DNA from: Azolla caroliniana
Lineage: Eukaryota > Plantae > Polypodiophyta
Reading direction: 5' to 3'
DNA: 64,000 bases
NCBI GenBank assembly: GCA_043228905.1
Contig: JBHGNT010000006.1
Location: 18,724,001 to 18,788,000, forward strand
Shown: positions 38,537-52,529 of the stretch, piece after piece
How positions within the stretch are numbered: position 1 is the stretch's first letter
Layout: every line of letters starts with the position of its first letter
Position numbers and translations under genes: made by a program
Notes under the pieces: generated by a model
What the model was told of the DNA's origin: nothing
Database searches by the model: none
Seen by the model: only the letters and a program-made list of their open reading frames with translations

Positions 38537-39328
38537 TGGTATCTAAAGGTTCTTCGTCATCATATTACCAAATATAAGAGGGATTGCATATTAGTAAAAT
38601 AATCTATGGATCACAATCACAATACATACTTGATGGATGCTTGCTATTGGGCTAACTATACTTTGCTTTATTTTCAAGAGAGCTTAGATCTAATGGGGCT
38701 AGTCCACCCTTGGAGAGCTTTGATGTAGACATATAAATGCAATATATCAATCATTCACACGTAACATTTACTTCCCCATCAACTCACAACAAGAAGACTT
38801 GATGATTTATTTATGTACGAGAGAGGCTATTCGCTTATGTTGCTAGAGAGACCAAACAAGTAATCAACAAATGTTTAAGGAAATGAACTTGAACAAAACA
38901 ATCACATTAACAAGCCCAAAAGATGATCGATCGCTTAATCCAAAATTTTCCTTTGTGAAGAAATCATTGGTTTACAATGATAAATATCACAATATGTTAT
39001 ATACTAAGTGAAGCATGTGAGAAGATTTTAGTCCAATTAACATGTCCAGAGATGAGCATGTATGTGCATCGCATCATCATGCACACCAGGGAACTAGCTC
39101 TTGCAGACATATATAGCAAGGAAAAACATATACACATATATGCATACAAACCAAGGAAAATAATCCCAAGGAACCCTATTATCTCACTCATGAATTCAAG
39201 GGTAAGACCTTTTTTCATCTCTAAGGAGTGAAGCATCATGGGCAAAATGATGCACCAAGTTCAGATTAAAAAAAAGACAATTCAAATCAAGATGATAAAT
39301 GTCATGGTCTGCATTAACATAACAATCT

Positions 39329-40842
39329 TTACGCTCGCCCGAGAATTGCTGAGTTTAGCGCGGAACCTCCATCATCATGCAATGACATGGGAGCTGAGGA
39401 AGGAGAAGGATTGATCTCTCCATGCTCTTCCTCCACATCCCATAGGAAGGAAGCATAGGAAGCCATGACATAGCTGTGCACATATAAAGCAAGAAACCAT
39501 GGATTGGTAAGACCATAGAAAACCTAATATCCATGGAGCACGCATGGCACATTATGATCTAATCAAGCATACATGGTAGGTACATTATGATATCTGAATA
39601 TGAGACAAATCAAGCATTATGGCAAAGCATCATGACATATCATGATCTGACAAAGCAAAGCATGCAATCATATCGTGATCTATAATCAAGCATACAATAT
39701 AGCATGATGCACCATATTATCTATCATCATCAGATCAAGCATACATGGCACCATATGATCACGATCATCATCAGATCAAGCATACAGAGCGTTATTACAT
39801 CATTATCATCATGATTCAGTCAACAATCCATGCATGCATCGCATCATGATCTAAACAACCATGCATGGCATCATCTAAGCAAACCATGCATGGCATCAAC
39901 GTCAAGATATAAATCAAGCATATAATCATTTTTGTAATTGTAAGGCCAACTAACCAGTCATTAGGAGCAGCCTGAATTGCCTGATCATAGTACATTTCTG
40001 CCCTACGTTCATCCTTATGGGCAGCCCATTGCAACTTTGCATACTGAGAGAGAACTTCACCATCATAAGGGTCAGCCAAGATAGCCCTTTCATAACATTC
40101 TTCCGATTTCCTCACATCTCCTCTCTGCAGAACAAGGCCAAGCGTGAGAAGAATATTAGCCGTGGAAAACACAATTAGGGATCTGAAGAATGGTTTCACG
40201 AGAAGAAATATGTGCAGCGTGACAACAATTAGAACAGATCCAAGAAATGTTGTTTGAGAAGGAACAGACATTGTGAACACAGTTAGAACACATCAAGAAA
40301 TGATTTAAGGAAGCACTGACAATGTAATGTAACCACAACTGGAACAGACCAAGAAAATAATTACGGAAGGATGGACGACAATTTTCCCAGTTAGAACTTG
40401 ATCAGGGAAATGGTTTCTAGAATCTTTGCGCCTACCTCTGCTAAAAACTGTGCATAATTGCTGAGGAAGAGCGGATTGTTCGGGTTTTTCTGCAACATGC
40501 TCTGGTAATAAGCATCTATTTGATCGTCAGAGGATCCATGGCTGCCTTCCTCTGCAGTTGAGCGTGAATAGAACCCAATACCTCCATTACCAGATCCTGA
40601 AAACCCACTTCCCAAGCTCAGGAAGCCTAATTTAGACCCGTCTTGAGAGGAAAGCGCGGGTCTTCCAGGCTCGTTGAATTCTTCTGGCGCTGCAGTTATG
40701 GAGACGGAGAAGGTAGAGAGCAGATCTCCTTCAGATTGAGCTCGATGGAGGGCCGGAGGTCGGGATACGAAGGGGCGATCTGAGGAAGAGGAAGAGGAGT
40801 TTACGTGACATTCTGCAGAAGGTCGACGATGGTGTAAAGCAC

Positions 40843-40875
<33 letters not shown>

Positions 40876-41008
40876 TGGTAGATTGTGGGTGAAATTCTGG
40901 TGCAGAAGAGGAGGCGGGTAAAGAAGGAGAGGAGGGTTGGATGAGGTGATCGGAGAAGAGAGAAGTTACAGTTATTAGTGAAGGAGCAGAAGAGGTGCGA
41001 AGAAGCAT
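39329..41008 (-). CDS. Host gene: plant TPR-like superfamily protein, 3 exons (41008-40436, 40124-39955, 39473-39329), 295 aa
   Basis: GT-AG introns with matching phases give 888 nt. MLLRTSSAP start; NPNNPLFLSNYAQFLAE / RGDVRKSEECYERAILADPYDGEVLSQYA / AAPNDC YVMASYASFLWD are typical of the small plant TPR family (recalled similarity to Arabidopsis At5g20190/At1g80130). Confidence 0.92.
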
Positions 41009-41013
41009 GGCGA

Positions 41014-41225
41014 TGGATGGTGATGGTGATGGTGATGGTGATGGTGATGGTGATGGTGATGGTGATGGTGATGGTGATGGTGATGGTGGGCAAAGCTTCG
41101 AGGGGGATCAGAAATGTAGGCCACAGACGAGACAGAGACAGAGACAGAGACAGAGACAGAGACACAGAGAGAGAGAGAGGTTATGGCTATGGCGAGAGGT
41201 TATGGCTTCTTCTTCTTCTTCTTTC
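41014..41225. repeat. Microsatellite cluster in the 5' UTR/promoter: (GATGGT)n, (GACAGA)n, (GA)n, (CTT)n
   Basis: Read directly, immediately upstream of the ATG. Confidence 0.95.
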
Positions 41226-43627
41226 GAATGAATGTAATAATATAAATATGTATGTATATATTTGCTCATTCTGTGGGCAGAAAAACGCAGGTGGGGGAGG
41301 ATCGGACGGAGAAACGCAGGTGGGGGAGGATCGGACGGAGAAACGCAGGTGGCTGTTTTCTTTATGAATATGTATGTATACATACATATATGTATGTACA
41401 TACTGTGGTGGAGATGGACGGATGTGATGGGATGGGTGTCCATCCCATCCCATCCCATCCCGTCCATACACATACATACATACATACATACATTATTACA
41501 TACATACATTATTACATTATTACATATGCATACATATGTTGTACTTACACTTCCATCTTCCCCTCCCAAGCTTTTAAAATGGAACAAACTAAACACATCT
41601 CTACATATTCCAGAGGAGCGAGAGATGTGAGTTTATATGGAACCCTTCTTCTTCCATCTCAAGGGTTTGCCGGTTTTCTTGAGGTACATTCTACCCCCCC
41701 CCCCCCCTTCCCTGTACATGCATTATGGACATCGCCCCATGCCCATACACGCATGATGGAAGACATACAGTATGTATGTATTCCCAACCGACCGCACATT
41801 TTGTGTCTCTTGACCTTCATCATCTCAGCCTCCTACTTTGCTCTTTATGGGAGCCCCCATCATACCTCGAAATGTCAAATTAATATACCCTCATGAATGC
41901 GTCTTGTTTATCTTTATATTATTAGTCCTTGTTTCTAGTGAATCCACCTTTGTCTTGTCTCCATTTTTGGCCTTGTACCAAATTAGCCTCTTCATCATTT
42001 CAGCACCCTCCTTGTTTTTAGTAAATAACCTTTTTATTTTGACCCTAGACTCTTTAATATTTCATGTCCCTTCTAAGTGTTGGACATCTCACCTTCCATG
42101 TTGTGGTACGGAAATCCTAATAAGAGTCTTTGTAGAGAGAGGTTTTATTCACATTTTCAGAGGTCAAATATGGCCAATGAAACCAAAAACATAACATGTG
42201 AAAGTGAGTAGTGGTTCTCAATTATCAAGAACTTTTCGGATGAATGTGGAATGAAGAGTGCTACTATGACTATGAGATAAATTCGTGCAAGGATTGGGTT
42301 TGTTCAAAGACATGGGAAAGCATAGTCAAATGTGATCAAAGGTAGAGCATTATATCAAAGTATGATACTCAAACACCCGAACTTGTTTGGGGCAAAGTGT
42401 GCATAATTGACAACTCTCATCATTTGTGCTCCCACACTCTGTCTCATATTGCAATGTGTGCCAGCTAGCTTGTCGCATAGAAGCGATGGTTCGGATGGCA
42501 AACAACAGGATGTGCTCTTGTTGAGCGGAGAAGCTCGACTGGATCCGGATCGGAGAACCGTATGGGTATCCGGAACCAAGCGCCGGATCGGAGAGTCGGA
42601 TTGGATTGTAACCTGTAGGCCGTTAGAGGCCTATGGTCTTAGCCTAGTACATAGGCATATTTCTTGGAGTTAGTGTTAGTCACTCATATGACCATTCAAG
42701 TACTTGTTAATACTTATGTCGGTCCTTTTATGGACTTGTATAAAAGTGCTCACTGAGCACATTGTATGTACGGAGAATTGTTTTTGAAATTGAGTTTATG
42801 TTGTACTGCTCTCTCCTGTCTCTCATGTGTACGTTGTATGTCCCAAACTCGCCATTAAACCTGTGTTTGTTTGTTGTTGTTATATGGTGAAGCCAACTCT
42901 GTTTACAAGGTTCTGCAAGGGTTGAAATCCTCCATTGCCGACAGAAAGCATTAGATAGACGAAAACCTAACTTCCGGTAGAAGAAATAGACATAAGAAGG
43001 AAATTGACAGAGGAATGGCAAGCTCGCTTCCGATAGAGAAGCTCAACAGGAACAACTACGCGTCTTGGTCGTATAAGATGCACCAGTACCTGTTTGGACA
43101 AGGGTACTGGAGTTATGTCGAGGGAGCAAACGAGGTAGTGTTACCGGCCGGCAAAGGAGTCCAGAGTGGGAAACGGAGAGTTAATTGAGTAGTAGGAATA
43201 TGGTTGTAAGTAAGCTATGAGTGTGGATGGACGGACCAGAATCGATATGCCGTTCCGGATCCGGACCGATCCCGAACAGGTGCGGATGGCACCGTTTTGT
43301 AATACAGACTGGAAACCTATTTAAAGGCCCGGATACAATGTAATAGTTAGCGGTGAATTAATAAAAGCTGAGCGTTATTATCTATCTATGTTAATTGCCG
43401 TTCTGTCTTAATTGTTATAGCTTACGCGTGTGTTTATGAAAGACGATCATAATAAGTAACTTAATTAAGTCGGATTAAGCGTTGAAGTCTAATCCGGTTG
43501 CCGTAACACCCTTTGGTGAAGTGTCTCCCGTAGACACCCTGTGTTAGGCCATTGTCCGGCCCGAAGAGTTAACATAGTTTTTGGCGACCACGATTCCTGT
43601 TTTTGCAGCGAACGACGGCACGGATGG

Positions 43628-46600
43628 ATGTCTAGATCAACGCACGACCTGGTTACAGATCGAACTCGACGCCTTGCCGAAAGGCAAAGGAGACGCGAGG
43701 CTTTTCAGCAAGCGGCGCAGGAAATTAGAGAGGATCGCTCGTTTTCCAACGTAATCCGGAGGACTCCCTCTGGTTACAGCAAACATCGATACCGGACGAC
43801 GGCAGCAGCCTAAGTAGCCTCCGGTAAACCGAATCCCTTCTCCACGCGTTGGCAAACAGAGAAGGCGAAGCAGAAGCCTTTTCAGCATATGAATCGGACT
43901 CCGAAGGGGAATACAACGTGCACACGAACTACCGTAGCAGCAACGAAACCCCAGGCGGACCGGAGGACGAAGGATCGGATACCTTACCGACACCGGAACC
44001 GGAAGTGCTAACACTGGAACCCCCGGAACTAGCAGAAGAAGAGAGACCTCCGACACCGGAAGTTGAAGAGGAGAGACCTCCGTCACCAAAAGAAGAGGAA
44101 AAACCACCGACGCCGGAAACAAAAGAGGAAAAACCACCGACACCGGAGAAAATTCCGGAACAAGCACCAACACTGCCAGCCCGCGCACCGATACCGGACG
44201 ATGACATGCCGTTCCAGTACTCGAAGTATAGAGATGATCCGGACGCGGAAGCTCATGTGCACACCTTTGAACAAACATGGGAAGCCAACCGTGTGTCCCA
44301 GCGATTGACCCCGGAGGAAGAAGAACGCTCTAAGATAGCGGAATTTGGCGTCACATTGGAGGGACCGACAACAAGATGGCGCCGGACACAGGACCCGTCT
44401 ACCATCAACACCTTTGCAGATTTAAAAGCTAAATTCTTGCATTTTTTTCAAAAAGAGGTGGACTAGACCATAATGGTAGGCTTATTTTATACCATCCGAC
44501 AGGAGGCAGGGGAGAGCATTCCCCAATTTGTCATCCGGTTTCAACGGATGCATAGTCAGCTTGCCCGCGCACCCCCGGAGGAAGAATTACGGACTACATT
44601 TCTAAACGCGCTCCGGGAACCTCTACGCACGGTTTGCACGGTAATTGACTTCCGCACAAGTACCATCGACCAGGTCATTGACCGGGTGAGAGAGATGGAA
44701 AAGACAAGCTCCTGGCTCACACTGGGAGCACTCCAACGAGCGTTACCGTCCGATCAAGACCTCCGGTTTCGGCAAGCAATATAGTGCACAACCTGCTTGA
44801 ATTCCGAACACTCGGCTCTAGAATGCACTATGAGGACGCAATGTGTAATCTGTCAATCCAAGAGCCATACGACGGATAGGTGCGAGTATAATCTGTTGAA
44901 CCGACAAGCACCGCCCGTCCGACAAATTGAGCCACGCAGCAGCCGGGATGAAGAAGACAAACGTTGGTGGCGAATGGACCGCGACCGACCGGCACAGGAT
45001 GTCCGGCACGGCGATCGAAGGGAAAATGATGTCCGGTACGGTGATCGGTGGGATAACTATGACCGGCATGATCGGTACCAGGGTTACAATAGACGATACG
45101 AACATTACGACCGGGAGCACTCCCCCGGGTATCGTCAGCAACGGGAGGAATACGGCAGATATAACGGGCAACCCCGTCAAGAGTACCGTAATAAGAAGAG
45201 CTATAACAAAAAACGGCATTTTGAAAAAGGCGGCTACCCCCGGGATCCGGAACAAGGAGCTCCAAGCAGCCAACCGGTACAAAACCCCGCGCGTACCGCA
45301 GGACCTGCCCCGGGTACAACAGACAATGCCGAATCTAGCAATACCCGGAAAGCCTACTGCTACTACGGCCGACAGGAAGGCCATTATAGTAACCAATGCC
45401 CGGTGAAGAGCTATGAAAAACGACCGGCGGTAAATATGGTAGTCCCTGAGGTGGCAGATCTGCAGCAGGTGACCACAAGGTCGAAGGGCATGGCCAAGGA
45501 ATGGGAGACGCATGAGACCATCCGGAAACAAGCAACGGAATGGGTAAAGAAAGCAAACGAACAGAATGTCACAGATTTACAGCGGCAAAAGGAGAACACC
45601 GCAGGGCTTGCCGGCGGTAGTCACTCCGAGTGCCAAATTACGTTGCCACTAGGAAGACTCCTACAACTCGTGCTAAGATTCACGGAAGGACTGAAGACGG
45701 CCATGACGGCAAGAGAACCATCACCGGCACCGGTACTCTTCTCGAATCCGGAGGAGGGACCAACGGTGGTGGACACCAGCAGTCCGGTAATCACTGCCAT
45801 TGTAAAAGGGAAAGAACTCCCCGGCACAGTTATAGACGGAGGCTCTAGGGTGAATGTAATAAGCCTCCGGACGTCTGATGCCCTAGGAATTCACGAGTGG
45901 GAGCCGTGTCCGTTCTGGTTGCGGATGGCCGATACAAGCTCAGTGCGGCCGACAGGATTAATACGGAAATTAGAAGTCACCGTCGGCGGTCATACATTTT
46001 ACATCTCGGCCGTAGTGCTACAATTACAGGCACAAGGCGCATACCCGCTATTGTTGGGGCGGCCATGGTTGAAAACGGCACATATCAAACAGAATTGGCA
46101 GAAAAATATAATTACCTTCCAGCGAGGAAAAGCCAAGGTACGGGTACCAACATAGCCAAGGACGAGCACTGGCAAGGAATGTACACCGTTGTATGCGGAA
46201 TGCGTCAACATGCTAGAAGGGTTAGCGGATGAAGAAGAAGCTCAGTACCTGCAAGAAAACCCGAAGATCATACCCCTCTTCGAAATTGACATTGCCGAAG
46301 CAGTAGCACCATACTTACCGCAACCGGAAGAGGCTGAAGCAGAACCGGATAAAGACGCAATCTAGGAATTACGGCAAGCGCAGGAAGCGTTGGAACGGGA
46401 AATGGCCGTTTCACAGCGCGTAAAAGCGTCGCAACTGGAAAAGGTGAACCTAGGCACCACGGACGAAGCAAAACCGGTGCACATCGCCAAGGAGATGAAG
46501 TCCGAAGACAAAACGGCGATGATCACACTTCTCACGGAATTTCGCGATGTGTTCGCCTGGTCATACGAAGACATGCGAGGACTCGACCCTCAGTTATACC

Positions 46601-49377
46601 AGCATCAGGTGCACTTGAGCAAGGATGCAAAACCAGTGTCACAAAGACGGTACCGGATGAATCCCAACTATGCCGCCAAAGTAAAGGAGGAAATCGACAA
46701 ACTGCTAAGAGTTGGCTTTATCTGTCCGGTAAAGAAAGCGACATGGCTGAGCCCAATCGTAGTCGTACCGAAGAAGAACGGAAAAATTCGAGTTTGCGTG
46801 GACTACCGGAAACTCAATGCGGCTACGGTAACGGATGTGTTTCCACTTCCGTTCACAGATGGAGTGTTGGATGCCATCGCCGGCCATGAGGTCTATAGCT
46901 TCCTAGATGGATTTAGCGGGTATAATCAGATCCGGATGCACCCCGACGACCAAGAGAAAACGACATTCGTCACCGAATGGGAGGTGTTTGTGGCCGTGGT
47001 GATGATGTTCGGGTTGAAAACGGCACCGACAACATTTCAACGAATCATCATGGAAATCTTTGGTGAATATATACCGGCTTTTATGCAGGTTTTCCTTGAC
47101 AATTTCGCCGTCTATAGCCGGGAGGAGGACCATTTTCAGCACCTCCGTCTTTGTCTAGAAAAGTGTAGAGCGTACCGGCTAAGCTTGAATCCGGCAAAGT
47201 GTGTATTTGGCGTGTCCAGTGGAACTTTATTAGGACATATTGTGAGCCAGGAAGGTATTGCAGTCGACCCGGACAAAGTGAAAGCCATATTAGAAGCACC
47301 GGCGCCGGCAACGGCAAAGGCATTAAGCCGGTTCTTAGGCCAGATTCGGTGGCACAGCCGGATGCTCTGATACTTAGCCGACTTGGCTACACCGTTGCAT
47401 GCCGCCGTACATCGGACACCATTCCAGTGGACCGACACTGAGGATAGAGCGTATAGGGCCCTCAAGGTACTATTGTCGCAGGCACCGGTAGTACAACCTC
47501 CGGATTGGAGTAAAGAATTTCACGTGTTCGTAGACGCCTCCGACATCGCAATCGAAAGCGTACTTATGCAGCTTACGGAGCCAAAATGGTACTAGCTAGT
47601 GTACTATGCCAGCCGAAAGCTATCCCAAGCAGAACGAAACTACTCTACCACGGAACGGGAAGCCCTAGGGATGATCTACAGTGTGACAAAGTTTCGGCAT
47701 TATTTATTGGGAAGGAAGTTTTCCTTCCATGTAGATCATTCGGCACTCCTTTACCTGGTGTCCAAAGCGTCACTCACCGGAAAATTGGCCCGGTGGACCT
47801 TACTGTTACAGGAGTTCGAGTTTGAAATATTCCACCGACCCAGTATACAGCATGCCGTGGCGGATTACTTAAGCCGATTAGAGTCCGGAGAGACGGGTGA
47901 CGGAGTAGCGAATGAGTTTCCGGATGCAGAGCTGTTTCGAGTCACTACGGAGGCGGCAACAGATGAGACGGTGGCACAGGAAGACAAATGGCTCACAAAT
48001 ATGCACCAGTTTCTGAGCACAGGACTGCCTCCGGAAGAGATGAACCGGGACGAACGGAAATGCCTGGCGGTGCAAAGCCGACATTTCTGCTTACTGCAAG
48101 ACACACTGTACCACAAGGGCGCAGACGGCATATGGAGACGGGCGGTGCGCAGCGATGAAAAGGAACTGATACTGAGGGAAGCCCACTGCGGAGTTGCCAG
48201 AGGTCACTATGCCGGGGATGCGACGGCCAGGAAAATATGGCAAAGTGGCCTATGGTGGCCAACGACACTAAGAGATGCGGTACGATACGCAAAAGAATGT
48301 GACCTATGCTAGAGAATGGGCCAGCCAACGGAGCAGGCTCGTATGCCACACCAGCCGGTACTACCACTCGAGCCATTCCAGAAGTGGGGGCTGGACTTTG
48401 TAGGACCCTTCAAGCCACCGGCAATGAGAACGGGTAATCGGTACGTCATCGTTGCTACGGATTATTGCACGAAATGGGTAGAGGCCAAAGCATTAAGGGA
48501 TAACACCGCTGCGTCAATGGCGAAGTTTCTATATGAGTACATCTGGTGCCGTTATGGATGCCCAATTGAATTAATAAGCGACCAAGGGGGGCACTTTCTC
48601 GGCCAAGTAGTGGAAAGCCTCACGACATTCTATGCCGTTGTCCACAAACGGAGCACACCTTACTATCCACAGGCGAACGGTTTAGCGGAATCAACGAACA
48701 AGACGCTCCAAAATATCCTCTGGAAGATCGTCAACGAAAACCGGACGGATTGGGACACAAAGCTACATAGCGCGCTTTGGGCATACCGGACGACATACAA
48801 AACGAGCATCCGAACAACACCGTTCCGGTTAGCGTTCGGACTAGAGGCGGTCATGCCGGTAGAATTCCAAGTACCCAGCTTACGGAACCAGCTACGGGAA
48901 CGGCTGAACGAGAAGGAGTCGGAGGCAATACGGTTGACAACGTTGTGTGAGCTCGAGGAACAACGACTGACCAGCATCCTGCATTTAGAATTGGAGCAAC
49001 GACGACGGAAAGCATTTGTCGACCGGCACAGGAAAGGTAACGAAAAAATGTTCGCAATCGGCAAACCGGTGTTAGTATTTCAAACCCGGATGGGCAAGAT
49101 GCCGGGTAAACTACGGTTTAGATGGACCGGACCGTATTGGCTAACACGGGAGTATAATGGGTGCTACCAGTTAGGGACACTTGCCGGCGAAGTGCTAGGC
49201 AAATGGGTCAACGGATTCCGGTTGAACCCATATAGAGGACCGATGCCTAAGAACCCATTTGAGCAAAGGACCGACACCAGTGAGGGAAATGGCAACCACC
49301 AAGACGGCAGAGAAGGCGAGCCGGTAACTGGGGAGAATGAGGCCGGTAAGGGTCCGAGAGGACCAACGGACAAGTGA
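43628..49377 (+). pseudogene. Gypsy gag-pol in a single reading frame with premature stops
   Basis: ORF pieces at 43849, 44473, 44797, 46390, 47383, 47599 and 48316 share one frame. Gag, CCHC knuckles, protease IDGGS, RT, RNase H FVDASD, integrase HHCC/DDE. One frameshift near the N-terminus. Confidence 0.95.
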
Positions 49378-49749
49378 CGTCACACTAAATTAAATTATAA
49401 TTAAAAAAAAAAAAAAAACAATCATGCAAAAGCGAGGAATGAATGGATGAAAGAGCGAGGAGCGAAAAGGTACGTAGTGCGCATTTAAAGCGCCACCATA
49501 GGACATAATGCTATTTTAGTACACGACATGCACACACTCGAAAAAGGCGCCAGAATGCACAGACAAAAACCATTGCGCGTAGAGACCCTTTACTTTCGCG
49601 AACCCAGGAGCACAGAAGCACCAAGACGCTGTAAGATCATCAGACGAGAACCTACGCATAGAGAACCCCCGCCTTCTGAACTCTCTCTCTCTCAACCTCA
49701 CTCTCATCACCATCCAACCTCGCCACCGCAATCCGACCTCGACACAGAA

Positions 49750-52521
49750 ATGGACCCGCAAACGTTGTCGAAAGCCGCCAAGACATGGCTAAAGCAACAC
49801 GGGCTCGAGGGCTTCTTGATGATGATGGAAGTACCGCCACACAAAGAAGCCGACAAAGTGATCAAAGAAATCGACACTGAGGTCATAACGGCAGAAGCGA
49901 TTCGAGCGTTAACAGGCCTTCCGGAGGGAGGCATACTCACGATCGACAATCCAACCCCGGAGCTACTCATCAGGTATTTTGGTGAGTAGTCTCTAGCCAG
50001 CAAGGGCTACCGGACACAGGGCGGCGGAGACATGCTGTTCCGCGAGATTGCTCGTGTGCTCCACGAGTACGGCCACGTGTACCCTAGACCCCCTGTCATG
50101 CCGCAGAACCGGGCAGGGATGATCATTGCCACCTATGAAGGGATTAAGGTGGATTGGCTGGTATTGATCGCAGACGGGTTGTGTGCGGCCATATAGATCG
50201 TGAGAGGCAAAGACGGCAAAGAAGGCCGAGACGGACGGAGGATATGGCACGCCGTAACGCAGTGGCTCACCTTGCTTGTGCCACCCGTCCAGCCCAAGAA
50301 GCGAGGAAGAGTAGCGGATGGCACCCCAAAGACGGCTTCCAAACGACAACAGTTGTTGGCCTCTAAGGCCACTAAGGGAAAGGCGGCGGATGCAGAACAG
50401 GCGGCAACAGGAAGCGGCAGCCGGAAGCGCCCAACGGAGGCGCAGGAGGAACCACCGGCACGGCCCGTGAAGGTCACACTCCGCCGACCGGTGAATAGAG
50501 AAGCGGACCCCTTGGCGGCAAAACTCAATGCCGGGGCTCAGGAGGAGGAAATAGAGGAGGAGCCCACAGAGCACCTCTAGCGACGGTCGTCGGCAAGGAC
50601 CGTTGAGACAGCTGGGAAACGTTCGGACCCTCAGACGGAGGGAAAACCGGCTCCCCTTAGTGAGACTCCCACGCCAAGGAAGGAACCGGAACCGGTGCAC
50701 ATGGCACCGGAAACAGAAGCCCCGGCACCACCGGCACCACCGGCAAGTCCCATCCCGCCAGAGCCGGAAAGGTCAATGCAGCCTCGCCCGGTCAGCCAAG
50801 AAGAAGCGCAAGGGGAACCAGGACAGCAGGGTGGTCCACGGGCAGAAACGGAACTGCAACTCAGCGCAACCAGGCGGGACCACCCCTCTACAAGTGAGCC
50901 CATCTGTCAAACCTCCGTGCAAGCACAACAAGGCACCGGTAGCCTGTGGCTCCGGTGGATAGGCGAACAGATAGCCGGAGCAGTGGGGTATATTGAGGCG
51001 GAAGAAAGAGCGCAAAGCGAACGGTTGCTCGTCACAACCGAACAACTAGAGACGGCTCGGTCCAAAATCCGGTGCCTTGAAAAAGACTTGGATCAGGTCA
51101 CGACAGAGATGGCCAAAATGGCCTTAATGGCAACACAGATCCAATCACCGGTGACTCCGGTAAGTGTACAGAATAAAGAAACGGAACAACCGGTACATAA
51201 CAATAAAACCCCGGCAACGGAAACCGTTCTGGCGAGAGATGCGGCGCAAGCCCAGGAGCTTGCGGAATTGAGAGATGAACTTGCCGCACAAGAAGCGCTA
51301 AGGAGCCGTGAACGAGAATTGAAGACAGCGGCCGAAGCCGAATTAAAGAAGACTGCTGAGAACCTCCGTCGGGCAGAGGAGAGCCTCCGGAAAGGCCATC
51401 AAGCGTACGACCGGCTAAAGGAGGAGAAAGACAAAGTGCTGCAGGAAAAGGACAAGTTGAGGAAAACGGCGGAAACAGAGATTGAACGGCTAAAGGAAGA
51501 GCTCCGCCAGCAGAAGGACCGCGAGGACCGGGCCCATCGTCAGATCAACGCACGGCTCAAGCAAAAGATAGATGATTTTGAGCACCTGCACCGGGACTAC
51601 AAACGGCTGGAAACGGAGCATAAAGAACGGATGGCCGAGCTCCAGCAGGCAGTTGATCGGGCTGCGACGGCGATCGCCGACGAACGTGCGGAAAATACAA
51701 GACGCTTCGACGAGGCGGAGAAGGTCCGGATGGAGCTCCAGAGGCAGCAGTAGGAAGAAAAAGAGAGAGCGTCAACAGTATTGCAGAAATTACAAAGCAC
51801 ATATCAAAGGCAATTGGCGCATTATAAGGCGCAGGCGGAGGACAACGTCAAAATCATCAAACAACTGAAGGAGGAACGGCAAGCGGCGGAAACCAAATCG
51901 CAATTGGGAACGAGCCGGATTCAGTCCATCCTCCGAGCATGGCTGAATCAGACAAAACACTTGATTGATGAAAGCTCCGTAAAATGGTGGACAAAGTGGG
52001 CACAAAACGCGGTGGAACTCCAGTTGCTACGGGCAGATGTGGCAAACCGGCGGAAGGAAGGAAATGATTGTTATACGTTGACTTCCGAGGACTTCATCGC
52101 CATACAGGACGAGCTGGCCGACGACTTCCAAGTCCTGGCAAATGAACAGCTGGCGCAGGTCAGGCAGCTCGTAGCTCAGCTAGACGATGATAGGTTGGAT
52201 GCTCAAATCCAGTTTGAAAGCTACGAGCGGTCCCGGGTGCGGGAAGAAAAAGCACGGGAAGCGGCAACGGTTAACCTTAGTGATGAGGAACCGTCGCCGG
52301 CTGAGGCCCAGCCCGGCACCAGTCAACCGGAGACCACTACGACAAAGGGAGCAACGACGGAGATGCCGGCGTCAGAGGAACACACGGAGGAGTAGCCGCA
52401 GCAGTCACCAACGAACCCGCTGCAGCAGACATCAACAGAGCAGCAACAACAACCACCAATTCCAGATGAACCATTGGAGCCTCTCGAACAAAGCATTCTG
52501 GATATTTTGGACGAAGAATAG
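49750..52521 (+). pseudogene. Extra 3' ORF (ORF2), about 923 codons: conserved N-terminal domain, Pro/Glu linker, coiled coil
   Basis: Pieces 49528, 50200, 50695 and 51781 are in one frame separated by TAG codons. MDPQTLSKAAKTWL through to EQSILDILDEE*. Confidence 0.85.
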
Positions 52522-52529
52522 CAAGGGTC

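Noticed and set aside
39816-40280. Separate 154-aa TPR gene
   Set aside because: It is exon 2 of the TPR gene plus flanking intron sequence.
40731-41896. ORFs with TITITI, MVMVMV, DGDGDG runs
   Set aside because: Translations of microsatellites.
43849-52521. In-frame TAG codons as programmed readthrough
   Set aside because: They are many and scattered, and several align with sense codons (often Gln) in sister copies, which fits mutational decay such as C-to-T deamination.
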